From assembly GCA_963724295.1 (NCBI GenBank), contig CAVRUC010000008.1:96001-160000 (forward strand): a stretch of 64,000 nucleotides of DNA, given 5' to 3'. This DNA is from an uncultured Chloroflexia bacterium. Its GTDB lineage: Bacteria; Chloroflexota; Chloroflexia; Thermomicrobiales; UBA6265. The notes under the pieces are model-generated. The model had not been told where the DNA came from, did no database searches, and worked only from the letters and a program-made list of their open reading frames with translations. Shown one piece after another: positions 1-9,337 of this stretch (the stretch's first letter is position 1; the number at the start of each line of letters is the position of its first letter). The position numbers and the translations under genes are program-made.

Positions 1-1377
1 CGGGCCCGTGAGCTTTCCGCCGTGGAGGTGCTGCAAGCCCATCTCGCTCAGATCGAGCGCGTCAATCCTGTCATCAATGCCATCATCACCCTCCTGCCGG
101 AGCGCGCCCTGGCTGATGCCCACGCCGCCGACGCCGCACTCGCGCGAGGCGACGACGTCGGGCCACTTCATGGCCTCCCCATCGCCCATAAGGACACGCT
201 CGCCACCAGGGGGATCCGCACCACCCAGGGCTCGCCGATCTACGCCGACACCGTTCCGGACGAGAATGCGCTCATCGTCGAGCGCATTCAGGGCGCGGGA
301 GCAATTCCGATCGGCAAGACGAACGTCCCAGAGTTCGGCGCGGGCTCGCAGACGTTCAACACCGTCTTCGGCACGACGCTCAATCCCTACGATCTCTCGA
401 CGACCCCCGGGGGGTCCTCCGGCGGGGCCGCCGCGGCCCTGGCCACGGGCATGCACCCCATCGCGGACGGCAGCGACCTCGGCGGCTCACTCCGCAACCC
501 CGGTGGCTATTGCAACGTCGTCGGATTTCGCCCAACTCCCGGGCGCGTCCCCAAGATCAATACGAAATCAGCCTGGTTCGACATGACCGTCAATGGTCCG
601 CTGGCGCGCACCGTTGGCGATGTCGCTCTCATGATGAGCGTGATTGCCGGGCCCGATCTGCGCTCACCAATCACCCTCGAAGACCCGGGCGCGGCCTTCG
701 CCCGGCCGCTCGAGCGGGATTTCCGTGGGGTGCGCGTTGCCTGGAGCCGCGACCTGGGCGGGCTCCCGGTCGATCCGCGCACCACGGCGGTGCTCGAGTC
801 CCAGCGCGTCGTCTTCGCCGACCTGGGTGTGGAGCTCATCGAAGCCGAACCCGACCTGAGCGACGCCGACGAGGTGTTCCACATCTATCGCGCCTGGGAC
901 TTCGAATTGGGTTACGGTGATCTTCTCGATAACCACCGCGACCAGCTGAAGGACACCGTCATCTGGAACATCGAGCAGGGGCGCGCCCTCACAGGGCCAG
1001 ACATCGGCCGCGCCGCGCGCCTGCGCTCCGAGATCTATCGCCGCGTGCACGACTTTTTCACCGAGTACGAATTCCTCCTGCTTCCCGTCTCTCAGGTCCC
1101 GCCCTTCTCCGCCGACATCCCCTACCCGACCGAGATCAACGGCACGCCAATGGCCACCTACATCGAGTGGATGCGAACCTGCTCGCGCATCACGGTGACC
1201 GGCCATCCCGCCATCTCCGTCCCCGCGGGCTTCACCCCGGAGGGTCTCCCCGTCGGTTTGCAGATCGTCGGGCGCGCCCGCGACGACTGGGGTGTCCTCC
1301 AGCTTGCCAACGCCTTCGAGAGCGCAACCCATCACTGGCGCCACCGGCCTCGTTTGCAGGCCGCCATCACCGCCTAG
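1..1377 (+). CDS. Amidase (amidase signature family), 5' end outside window
   Basis: GLPIAHKD, GKTNVPEFG, GGSSGG and DGSDLGGSLRNP motifs (Lys-cisSer-Ser triad); frame is open from base 1. Confidence 0.93.
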   Translation, partial: RARELSAVEVLQAHLAQIERVNPVINAIITLLPERALADAHAADAALARGDDVGPLHGLPIAHKDTLATRGIRTTQGSPIYADTVPDENALIVERIQGAGAIPIGKTNVPEFGAGSQTFNTVFGTTLNPYDLSTTPGGSSGGAAAALATGMHPIADGSDLGGSLRNPGGYCNVVGFRPTPGRVPKINTKSAWFDMTVNGPLARTVGDVALMMSVIAGPDLRSPITLEDPGAAFARPLERDFRGVRVAWSRDLGGLPVDPRTTAVLESQRVVFADLGVELIEAEPDLSDADEVFHIYRAWDFELGYGDLLDNHRDQLKDTVIWNIEQGRALTGPDIGRAARLRSEIYRRVHDFFTEYEFLLLPVSQVPPFSADIPYPTEINGTPMATYIEWMRTCSRITVTGHPAISVPAGFTPEGLPVGLQIVGRARDDWGVLQLANAFESATHHWRHRPRLQAAITA

Positions 1378-1496
1378 ATCCGGGGCGACGGCCGGCGGGC
1401 CCGGTTTGCCACTCCGCTCGCACGACTCTCGCATGCAACCTGATTCGTTCGAGATCGCCTGATGCACGTTCGAGGATTCCGCTCCTGGGAGATATC

Positions 1497-2609
1497 GTGG
1501 AACAAGTGTCCAGCGGCCCGCCCGCCAAGCGAACAAGACGCAGGGTGCGGTTCTACGTACCGCCACCACCGCTGCCGCGACATGCCTATCCCCCGCGCAC
1601 TATGGAGGCGACGCGGCTGCTGGAGCATTTCTTCGTCTCGGCGGTGGTCACCGTCTTGCTGATCCGCGCCTGGCTCGGTCTCACCGGCTATCCGCAGATC
1701 GGGGGCGATGGTCTGCACATCGCCCACATGCTCTTCGGCGGCATCGGCATGCTGATCGCGCTCCTGGTGAATCTGACCTTTCTCGGGCGGCGGACGCGCG
1801 TCTTCGCGGCGATCGTTGGCGGCGCCGGCTTCGGCGCCTTCATCGACGAGCTGGGCAAGTTCATCACCAGCGACAACAACTACTTCTACCAGCCGGCGGT
1901 CGCCCTGATCTATGTCATCTTTGTCTTGCTCTTCATCGCCGGGGAGCGGCTTGCCTCAGACTCCCACACCACGCCGGACGAACGCCTGGTACAAGCCCTC
2001 GACGTCCTGACCAGCGCCACGATCGAGGGCTATCCGAAGCGCGAACGCGAGCAGGCCTCCCAATTGCTGGCCGAGAGTGATCCCAAGAATCCGCTGGTAC
2101 CCGCTCTTGACCAGGCGCTCGCCAGAATCGCCGCAACACCCGACCCGGCTGAGAGTCTCGCCGAGCGGCAAGCACAGCGACTAACGACGTCATACTTCTG
2201 GCTGGTCGGCCAGCGCTGGTTCCTGATGCTCGTTCTGGTCATTGCCGGCGTCGCGACCCTATCGAACCTGCGGACCCTGGCGGCCACGCTTCTCGCCAAT
2301 CCGGCGGATCGACGCTTGCAGATGTATGTCGATTCGACCACGGGGCTACTCTCGATTGCGACGCTCATTGCCAGCGTGCTGCTGATCGGCGGACTGCTCC
2401 ACTTACGTGGCTCACTCCTGGTGGCCTTCCGCTGGTTCCGCCGGTCAGTCCTGGTGTCCCTGCTGGTGGTTCAGCCGCTCGCCTTCTACGAGCAGCAATG
2501 GACGGCATTGATTGGCCTGGCGCTCAATCTGGTACTGCTCTCAGCGCTCGAATTCGGGATCGCGCGTGAATCGGCGCCTGCTGGCGGGATCGTGGCCACT
2601 TACGCGTAA
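1497..2609 (+). CDS. Integral membrane protein of unknown function
   Basis: Several hydrophobic helices; GYPQIGGDGLHIAHMLFGG and FIDELGKFITSDNNYFYQP segments; start uncertain (GTG 1497 or ATG 1602). Confidence 0.75.
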   Translation: MEQVSSGPPAKRTRRRVRFYVPPPPLPRHAYPPRTMEATRLLEHFFVSAVVTVLLIRAWLGLTGYPQIGGDGLHIAHMLFGGIGMLIALLVNLTFLGRRTRVFAAIVGGAGFGAFIDELGKFITSDNNYFYQPAVALIYVIFVLLFIAGERLASDSHTTPDERLVQALDVLTSATIEGYPKREREQASQLLAESDPKNPLVPALDQALARIAATPDPAESLAERQAQRLTTSYFWLVGQRWFLMLVLVIAGVATLSNLRTLAATLLANPADRRLQMYVDSTTGLLSIATLIASVLLIGGLLHLRGSLLVAFRWFRRSVLVSLLVVQPLAFYEQQWTALIGLALNLVLLSALEFGIARESAPAGGIVATYA

Positions 2610-2669
2610 TGAGTCACAAATTCACGAATACGGTATCTTTTCGCGCCTGCCTCTAAAGGTCTCTGAGCA

Positions 2670-2897
2670 TCAAACGCTTGTTCGTTCAGACGAGCGATAC
2701 ATGGCCTCGGGAGCGGGCTCGATATCTTCGGACTTGACAGCAAACCAGGCTATCGTCGCCCCGTCGGGACGCGAGAACTCCACCTCATACCCATCTTCGT
2801 AGATGTCGAGGATGAAACCAATCGTGCCTCGACCCACGCCTTTGCTCACAAAGCGATCTGTCGTCAGACGCACCGGGCTAAACTCGGGGAGTGGCAT
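2670..2897 (-). CDS. DUF4926 domain-containing small protein
   Basis: VRL...G.GRGTIGFILDIYEDGYEVEFSRPDG pattern typical of DUF4926. Confidence 0.75.
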   Translation of the reverse strand: MPLPEFSPVRLTTDRFVSKGVGRGTIGFILDIYEDGYEVEFSRPDGATIAWFAVKSEDIEPAPEAMYRSSERTSV

Positions 2898-3061
2898 GCT
2901 TTCATTCTTTCCGGAGCTTGCGCGAGAAGCCACTGAATGGGGTCGTCTACAGACAGCCTATGACTCTTCTGCGCCATTGCGCAGGCTATCTTTGTGCTCC
3001 AGAACCCGTCCAACGCGGACTGCTAGGCTCGGCGTGGGCTCACCGTCAAGGGGAAGGCAGA

Positions 3062-3406
3062 TCAACCAGCCGGCTCGGCGCGTGGTGCCACTCCCGAGCC
3101 CACGGGTTTGGCGGCAATCTCTGCCCAAAATGCGTCGTACGCAGGATCGCTATGCACCCGGATGACATCCCAGGGAATCTCGATCTCCCCGGCTGGTGAG
3201 GGCACCACCAGGTGAAAGTCTTCTACCCGCAGGTTACGCCAATCCGGTTCTGGCTCGTCTGGCGACACTAGGCACCTGGGAGATAGTCGAGCTTCAGAGC
3301 CATCCGCGAAGTCAATAATGACTTCACCCCCTCGATACAAGGCGGCTACGATCCGTTGATAGTCAAGTGTGTCCCATGGCTGTGTCGCTCGCGACGCCGC
3401 ACTCAT
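3062..3406 (-). CDS. DUF2442-like putative antitoxin
   Basis: Acidic 114-aa protein with IIDFADG motif; ATGA overlap with the upstream DUF4160 gene. Confidence 0.55.
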   Translation of the reverse strand: MSAASRATQPWDTLDYQRIVAALYRGGEVIIDFADGSEARLSPRCLVSPDEPEPDWRNLRVEDFHLVVPSPAGEIEIPWDVIRVHSDPAYDAFWAEIAAKPVGSGVAPRAEPAG

Positions 3407-3645
3407 GACGATGTCCTCTCGTGATTTGGCAGGTCCCAGGCGCGTCGCAGTTCTTCCAAATGTTCTCGGAGCAACTCCCATGCCGCCGCGGGTGGCTCTA
3501 GGCCGCTGAGCACTTGCACATACTCGAGATCGACAACGCATGCTCCATCTGGCCAGTAGACGTGGCAGTGGGGACGGTGGTGCCGGTGTCCACGTTCGTC
3601 ATAGACGTAGACGCGGATGTGACCGCGTTGGACGACCTTGACCAC
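3403..3645 (-). CDS. DUF4160 domain protein (putative type II toxin)
   Basis: IRVYVYDE...HHRPHCHV and C-terminal EHLEELRRAW, typical of DUF4160. Confidence 0.75.
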   Translation of the reverse strand: MVKVVQRGHIRVYVYDERGHRHHRPHCHVYWPDGACVVDLEYVQVLSGLEPPAAAWELLREHLEELRRAWDLPNHERTSS

Positions 3646-3651
3646 ACCCTC

Positions 3652-3680
3652 ACCGTATCGCCAGATCGTGATATCGTCAA
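3652..3680 (-). promoter_or_regulatory. Sigma-70-type promoter giving a leaderless DUF4160 transcript
   Basis: TTGACG-N17-TACGGT; the GTG start follows the -10 box by 6 nt. Confidence 0.5.
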
Positions 3681-3717
3681 GTGACAGATCGATCGGGCGA
3701 GGAATGGCCAGCCGCGC

Positions 3718-4722
3718 CTACGGCTCCTCGAGGCTGTCGCGCAGGATGTCCATGTGCTCCAGGGCCAGACCGGTGCCGACCGCCACGCAGGAGAGCGGGT
3801 CGTCGGCGACGTAGCAGGGCACCCCGGTGACCTCCATCAGCAGGTCAGGCAGGTGCCGCAGCATGGCGCCGCCGCCGGTCAGGATCATCCCTTTGTCGAT
3901 GATGTCGGACGACAGCTCCGGAGGCGTCTCTTCCAGCACCGCGCGCACCGCCCCGATGATCGCCTCCAACGGCTCGGTGATCGCGTCGGTTACCTCGTTG
4001 GCGTGGATCTGGATCGTCCGCGGCAGACCGGCGACCTCGTCGCGGCCCCGCACCTCCATGCGGATATCTTCGTCCACCGGCATGGCGCTGCCGATGGCGA
4101 TCTTGACCTCTTCCGCGGTCCGCTCGCCGACCCGCAGGTTGTATTTGCGCTTGATGTAGTTGGCGATCGCTTCGTCGAAGCGGTTGCCCCCAACCCGCAG
4201 GGAGCGAGCGACGACAATTCCGTTGAGCGAGATCACCGCGACCTCGGTGGTACCGCCGCCGATGTCGATGATCATGTTGCCGGAGGGATCGGCCACCGGC
4301 ACGCGAGCTCCGATTGCCGCCGCTAGCGGCTCGGAGATCAGAAACGCCTTGCGCGCTCCCGCGGCGAGGGCGGCATCACGCACGGCGCGCCGTTCGACGC
4401 CGGTCACCCCGGCCGGGACGCAGATCATGACCTCAGGCCGCACCAGCGAGAATCGGCCGCAGCTCTTGTTGATGAAGTAGCGCAGCATCTCCTGGGTGAC
4501 GACGTAGTCGGCGATCACCCCGTCGCGCATCGGGCGCACGACTTCGATCGTCTCACGCGGCTCGCGGCCGAGCATATTGCGCGCTTCCAGCCCGACCGCT
4601 TTCACTTTGCCGTCTTTCGCGGAGATCGCCACGACCGACGGCTCGTTGATGACGATGCCACGACCACGGAGAAAGACGAGGACGTTGGCCGTCCCGAGAT
4701 CGATGCCGATCTGTTTGGGCAC
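3718..4722 (-). CDS. mreB: Rod shape-determining protein MreB/Mbl
   Basis: [46 protein letters not shown] motifs. Confidence 0.96.
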   Translation of the reverse strand: MPKQIGIDLGTANVLVFLRGRGIVINEPSVVAISAKDGKVKAVGLEARNMLGREPRETIEVVRPMRDGVIADYVVTQEMLRYFINKSCGRFSLVRPEVMICVPAGVTGVERRAVRDAALAAGARKAFLISEPLAAAIGARVPVADPSGNMIIDIGGGTTEVAVISLNGIVVARSLRVGGNRFDEAIANYIKRKYNLRVGERTAEEVKIAIGSAMPVDEDIRMEVRGRDEVAGLPRTIQIHANEVTDAITEPLEAIIGAVRAVLEETPPELSSDIIDKGMILTGGGAMLRHLPDLLMEVTGVPCYVADDPLSCVAVGTGLALEHMDILRDSLEEP

Positions 4723-4942
4723 GCGGTTGCGCTCCGGACGCTGCGGAGAAAAGTCCGGGTATCACGGCACTATCTGCAACCGTGCCCGGTGGGCCAGATG
4801 GCGCGATAGTACCATCCGCCAGTCCTCACTGACAGGACCTGTAGCCCACCAGAGCCACGAGTACCCTGGACAGACCGTCAGGATCTGTACCGTGCCCCGG
4901 CAGCGTGGCGTGATACTGATGCTGGCGAGAAATTACCGCGCT

Positions 4943-5329
4943 TCACCGGCTCGGCCGCCGGTGAAAGTGCACCTGGCGGCAGTTCGGCGCATCACCCCGC
5001 TCCATGGCGAGCACGGCCCGGCTCCATACGCGGTCTATTGCGTCCTGGCTCAGATCGTCCCCAAGCACATGAACCTCGCGCTGACTGCCTCGGACAAAGT
5101 GAATGTGGTGGGAGCGATAGAGCGTGCCCGCATTCCCGGCCACGAGGACCATCTCCACCACATAGGCAACCCCCATGTGATCGCAGCGCAGCACCTCGAT
5201 ATCCCGAAACGCCGGCCGCCACGGCTCCCGCCCTTCGTCGCCATGCACGAAACATTCGCTCCGGCGCGTCTGGTGGGTCAATCCTTTATCGCCAGCGGTA
5301 ATGGCATCGGTGGCGAGACCGCCAGACAT
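4943..5329 (-). CDS. Hypothetical protein
   Basis: ORF starts 4 nt after the upstream gene's stop; plausible composition; no family recognised. Confidence 0.45.
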   Translation of the reverse strand: MSGGLATDAITAGDKGLTHQTRRSECFVHGDEGREPWRPAFRDIEVLRCDHMGVAYVVEMVLVAGNAGTLYRSHHIHFVRGSQREVHVLGDDLSQDAIDRVWSRAVLAMERGDAPNCRQVHFHRRPSR

Positions 5330-5332
5330 CCC

Positions 5333-5645
5333 CTACTCGCTCCAGACCCAGCCGACATCCTTGACGCGATGCACGGGCACCCAACGGTTGTCACGCCAGG
5401 CTAGCCACGTCGAGCCATGGCGCTTTGGCCGCACGGGACGAACGTCGCCTGGGAGCGGTTGCCCCACCTGAGTCGGTTCCTCTCGATGCAACAGCGACGT
5501 CAGCTGCTCGACCCGGTCCTGGACCCCGTCCACGATGGCATGACCGGCTTCGCTGACCCGTTCGGCGGCATCTGAAACGCGATCGATCAACCGCTCGGCG
5601 ATATTCTGGGCACCTTCATCGTCGGCACTTCGATCCTTGGTCATG
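5333..5645 (-). CDS. Hypothetical protein (helical N-terminus, Trp-rich C-terminus)
   Basis: GGAGG RBS before ATG near 5645; start approximate. Confidence 0.5.
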
Positions 5646-5860
5646 GTCAGCTCCTCCACGTATGACGCGGCTTCAGTCGCGGGCCAGGCATCATCGGGAT
5701 CCAATCAGGCGGACGGCGGCCGCTTGCGGCTGCTCGATGGCAAATGGCCTGGCGAGCAAGACGGCGCGGTTCGAAGTAGACATCGTGTCTCGGGCGCGAA
5801 TCCAGTCGCCAGCGATCTTGAGGTTGATTGACAGACTCAAGTTCCGCTGCGCACTGTGCA

Positions 5861-6088
5861 CTACGTCGAGCTCGGTCCCTTCGCCTGCATGTCCTGAGCC
5901 AGCGCCGCCGTGGCGTCGATCTCCTGATCGATGCGGTCGAGGTGGTTCTCGACCTCAGCCGGGGCGATGACCCCCAGCCGCAGGCGGAGTCGCAGTGACC
6001 CGACGTGGAGTTTCATCGCGGTCAGGCGATCCAGGACGCGGTGAGCAAAACCAGCAGCGCCACCGCTAGAGGCAGGTTGTTCCACCAC
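5861..6088 (-). CDS. Small stand-alone HisKA/DHp-like helical-hairpin protein
   Basis: FAHRVLDRLTAMKL...LDRIDQEIDATAALAQD resembles an H-box plus second DHp helix; AGGGGA RBS and a TAGAAT -10 box upstream. Confidence 0.55.
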   Translation of the reverse strand: MVEQPASSGGAAGFAHRVLDRLTAMKLHVGSLRLRLRLGVIAPAEVENHLDRIDQEIDATAALAQDMQAKGPSST

Positions 6089-6272
6089 TGATTCCCCTGA
6101 TCCCGTATCGCGCGTCTTCCCGTTCCCAATGTCGCCATTCTAGTGGGGGCGTGCTCCGGCGGCCAGATGATCCGGAATGAGGCGTCGCAACTCCAGAGCT
6201 TTAGACTTGGAATGCGACGGGTTGCCTGTACCATAGAGACCCGCGGACAGGCGGCAAGCCGAGAGGGACGAC

Positions 6273-6707
6273 GTGGATCCATCAGCCGGTCCCAGTGAGG
6301 CGCGCGAGGAAGGACAAGGACCCGCACCGACCGACAAAGGTCCAGCGCGCCAGCGCGCCGAGCCCGGCAACGTTGCTGGGGGCTCGCCCAGGCGCCCACC
6401 CCAGGACACTCGCCGAAAGCGCGCCAACGAGCAGCGCTACGCGGGCTGGGGAGACGGGATCGAGCGCGTCTTTTGTATCCGGGCCGAGCAGCTTCTTCCG
6501 GAAACCTTTCCTGTCGCATCCCATGCCGGCGCCGCCACTATTCCAGCCACCATCGTGGCGCGGCGCCCCGACGCACTCTTACTCTGCACGTTCAGTCACC
6601 ACGGACCGCACAGCTGGCCCGACGGCGAGCTCGTTGCCGATGGACCGGTCATGGTCGCCACAACCGCCGAGAGCGCGGAGGATTCGGTCCGCTCTCAACC
6701 CGAATAG
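6273..6707 (+). CDS. Hypothetical protein
   Basis: GAGGGA RBS; disordered N-terminus; C...CTFSHHGPHSW possible metal-binding motif. Confidence 0.4.
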   Translation: MDPSAGPSEAREEGQGPAPTDKGPARQRAEPGNVAGGSPRRPPQDTRRKRANEQRYAGWGDGIERVFCIRAEQLLPETFPVASHAGAATIPATIVARRPDALLLCTFSHHGPHSWPDGELVADGPVMVATTAESAEDSVRSQPE

Positions 6708-6730
6708 ACGTGCTTGGGATACGCGAACAC

Positions 6731-6811
6731 AAAAGCTGACGGTCCGGGGAGGGAAGGGGGAGCCGGACCGCCAGTCAGGGGGCTAGCCGGGTTGTTGGGA
6801 TCCGAACTAGC
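6731..6811 (-). ncRNA. Putative small regulatory RNA (two hairpins with C-rich loops, intrinsic terminator)
   Basis: Upstream TTGAAA-N17-TAGAAT promoter; 5' hairpin GCTAG...CTAGC; 12-bp 3' hairpin with a G-U pair followed by TTTT. Confidence 0.6.
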
Positions 6812-6817
6812 ACGTGC

Positions 6818-6846
6818 ATTCTATGCCAGACAGTCACAGGTTTCAA
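6818..6846 (-). promoter_or_regulatory. Near-consensus sigma-70 promoter
   Basis: -35 TTGAAA (6841-6846), 17-nt spacer, -10 TAGAAT (6818-6823). Confidence 0.7.
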
Positions 6847-6867
6847 GCCGAAACGACTCAGGTCTCT

Positions 6868-8124
6868 CTATTTCACCATCCGCACCCGACTACCGAGTGT
6901 GGGCGACGCGGTCTCGACGACCCAGCGCCGGAGCCCCTCGGCGTGCTCTTCGAAATCAGCCGCGCGCCCGAACAGCCACTCCTGGGTGCGAACATCGTCC
7001 GGCATGGCGCGGGCCGCCCTGGCGAGCGTATTGCTCGCCTTGGCCAGCTCGTCCAGCGTCCGCGACCAGTCCTGCCGAGCGCGAGCGGCGACGCTTGCCG
7101 CGTTGAATCCTTCCACCTTGTAGACCGCGTCGGGAAGCGTCGGATCGGCGGCGATGAGGCGCAGCCGGCGCGCGGCTTCCCATTCCCAACCGGCGCAGTG
7201 GGCGACGACTTCGCGCACGGACCACGTCCCGCAGGCGCCGGGGCGCTCGCGCAGCTCTGCCGGAATCGCGTCGAGCAGCGCGACGAACTCGAGCACCGAT
7301 TGCGCCCAACGCGTATACGCGTCGACCGGTTGCTGCTCAGGACGCGTGGGCTCCGTCTCTGTCGACCCACGGCCATCCTGGGGGCTTGCGGCCTTTTCGG
7401 CGGGAACATGCCACGTTCGTTTGGCGTCGAGCGGGGCCATGCTGGCGCTTGTCTCTGGCATGGGAGGCGGCGTCGCGGCCATACCAAGCACCACGGCACG
7501 GCAGGCAAAGGCATCGGCGGCGGCACGATGGCCGCCTGGTTCGGCGCCGAAGGCGAGTACGGCGCGCTCCAGCTTCTGGAAGCGGTACCAGCGCTTGCCC
7601 GAATCCCAATTTCCGTAGAAGCCAGCGTACTTGCGCATCGCGCACTCCCAGTCCGCGGCTGGCGCGGCCAGGTCATAGCGCTCACACGCCTGGTTGACCA
7701 TCTGGCGATCGAAAATGACGTTGTAGACAATGATGCGCCGGCCAGCCAGCACCCGCAGCAGATCTTCATAGAGGTCGCACCATGCCGGTGCGTCCTTTAC
7801 ATCCGCGTTGGTAATCCCGTGGACCCGGGTGGCATCGGCCGGAATGCGCCGGGTTGGCTGCACCAGCGACTCCAGCAGCACCTCGCCGGCGGCGCTGACC
7901 GCGGCAATGTCGACGATCTCAGCGCGTGGACCGAACCCGGTGGTCTCCGTGTCGAGATAGATGACCCGGGGATCATCCATAACTCCGGCCGCCCAGGCGA
8001 TCGCCTTGGCGCGTGCTTCATCCCACCGTCGCTGGACATGCTCGTCGGCGAGGGTCGCGTCAGTACCGGGCGGCTCCCACCGCCACGATCGCGCCCGCCG
8101 CAGGGCCCTCCGGTTCCCCTTCAA
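6868..8124 (-). CDS. DEDDh (DnaQ-like) 3'-5' exonuclease fused to a C-terminal DinB/ClbS-DfsB-like four-helix domain
   Basis: LDTETTG, HGIT, YNVIFD, HRAAAD motifs; C-terminal WSVREVVAHCAGWE...FNA...EH; start uncertain (8124 or 8205). Confidence 0.8.
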   Translation of the reverse strand: MKGNRRALRRARSWRWEPPGTDATLADEHVQRRWDEARAKAIAWAAGVMDDPRVIYLDTETTGFGPRAEIVDIAAVSAAGEVLLESLVQPTRRIPADATRVHGITNADVKDAPAWCDLYEDLLRVLAGRRIIVYNVIFDRQMVNQACERYDLAAPAADWECAMRKYAGFYGNWDSGKRWYRFQKLERAVLAFGAEPGGHRAAADAFACRAVVLGMAATPPPMPETSASMAPLDAKRTWHVPAEKAASPQDGRGSTETEPTRPEQQPVDAYTRWAQSVLEFVALLDAIPAELRERPGACGTWSVREVVAHCAGWEWEAARRLRLIAADPTLPDAVYKVEGFNAASVAARARQDWSRTLDELAKASNTLARAARAMPDDVRTQEWLFGRAADFEEHAEGLRRWVVETASPTLGSRVRMVK

Positions 8125-8235
8125 CGACCGGTGCCTTTCCAGCCCGCCGGCAAGCAGGGTGTGCCGGCGGGATTTTCCCGCGAGGATGCTAGCATGCGGC
8201 CGCACAATCTCAACCCTTCGTTTGGAGTGCCGCTG

Positions 8236-9321
8236 ATGTCAGACAGTGAAAATCCGGTCGATTCGCGATTGGAGACGTTCATTCGCCGCATGCCAAAGGC
8301 GGAGATCCACGTCCATCTGGAAGGCTCGGTGCGCCCGGCGACGCTCCTCGAGCTCGCCCAGCGCAACGGGGTGCGGCCCCCAGCCAGCGACGAAGCCGGG
8401 CTGCGGGAGTTTTTCCGCTTCCGAGATTTCCCACATTTCATCGAGGTCTACATCGCCGTTTGCTCTTGTCTGCGTACGCCCGAGGACTTCGCGACCATCG
8501 TCCGCGAGCTGGGTGAGGACGCCGCGGCGCAGAACATCCGCTACCTCGAGATCCATTTCAACCCGGAGACGAATGTCCGCAAACGTGGTCTCGACTTCCA
8601 TCAGATGCTGGCCGGGATGAACCGGGGCCGGGCCGAAGCACGAGAGCGCTGGGGCGTGGAGATGCGCTGGATCGCCGACGGCGTGCGTGACAGCGAGACG
8701 AGCCCGTATTCGGTCACACAGACCGTCGACTGGATCACGGCGCTCTCAGCCGACGATGGTGTCGTGGCTCTGGGATTGGGCGGGAACGAGGTCGGCTATC
8801 CGCCTGCCCCGTTCGTCGCCGATTTTGCGCGCGCCAGAGCCGCGGGCCTGCACACCGTCGCGCATGCTGGTGAGACCACCGGCCACGCCACCATCTGCGA
8901 CTCCCTTGATTTCCTCGGAGTGGAGCGGATTGGGCATGGCGTGCGCGCGATCGACAATCCCGACCTCGTGGAGCGCCTCGCCCGGGACCGCGTCCCGCTC
9001 GAGCTCTGCCCGACCAGCAACCTCTGCACCGGCGTGGTGTCCAGCTTTGCGGACCACCCGTTCCGCACCTTCGACGATGCCGGCGTACTGGTGACCGTCA
9101 ATTCCGACGATCCGCCCCTCTTCGGCACGACGTTGACCGACGAGTTCCTGGTGCTGGCCCGGCACTGGGGCTATGACGCCGACGGCATCCAGCGCATCGC
9201 GCTCAACGCCGTCGACGCCGCGTTCCTCCCCAAGGATGAAAAAACGCGAATGCGAACCGAGTTCGTCGAAGAGTTCGCCCGTCTGCGGCTGGAGGTGGGG
9301 TTGCCACCGGCGGAGGTGTGA
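8236..9321 (+). CDS. add: Adenosine/adenine deaminase
   Basis: PKAEIHVHLEGS, HAGE, RIGHG, ELCPTSN, NSDDP motifs; GGAG RBS. Confidence 0.92.
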   Translation: MSDSENPVDSRLETFIRRMPKAEIHVHLEGSVRPATLLELAQRNGVRPPASDEAGLREFFRFRDFPHFIEVYIAVCSCLRTPEDFATIVRELGEDAAAQNIRYLEIHFNPETNVRKRGLDFHQMLAGMNRGRAEARERWGVEMRWIADGVRDSETSPYSVTQTVDWITALSADDGVVALGLGGNEVGYPPAPFVADFARARAAGLHTVAHAGETTGHATICDSLDFLGVERIGHGVRAIDNPDLVERLARDRVPLELCPTSNLCTGVVSSFADHPFRTFDDAGVLVTVNSDDPPLFGTTLTDEFLVLARHWGYDADGIQRIALNAVDAAFLPKDEKTRMRTEFVEEFARLRLEVGLPPAEV

Positions 9322-9337
9322 GGGCGCGCTGCGCCCC

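Noticed and set aside
3718..4722. mreB and the distal radC fragments as an ancestral radC-mreB operon split by one giant island
   Set aside because: The intervening DNA includes ordinary metabolic genes and no boundary evidence
6814..9321. 835-aa long adenosine deaminase
   Set aside because: The N-terminal part is the antisense shadow of the exonuclease gene; the real start is ATG 8236 with an RBS
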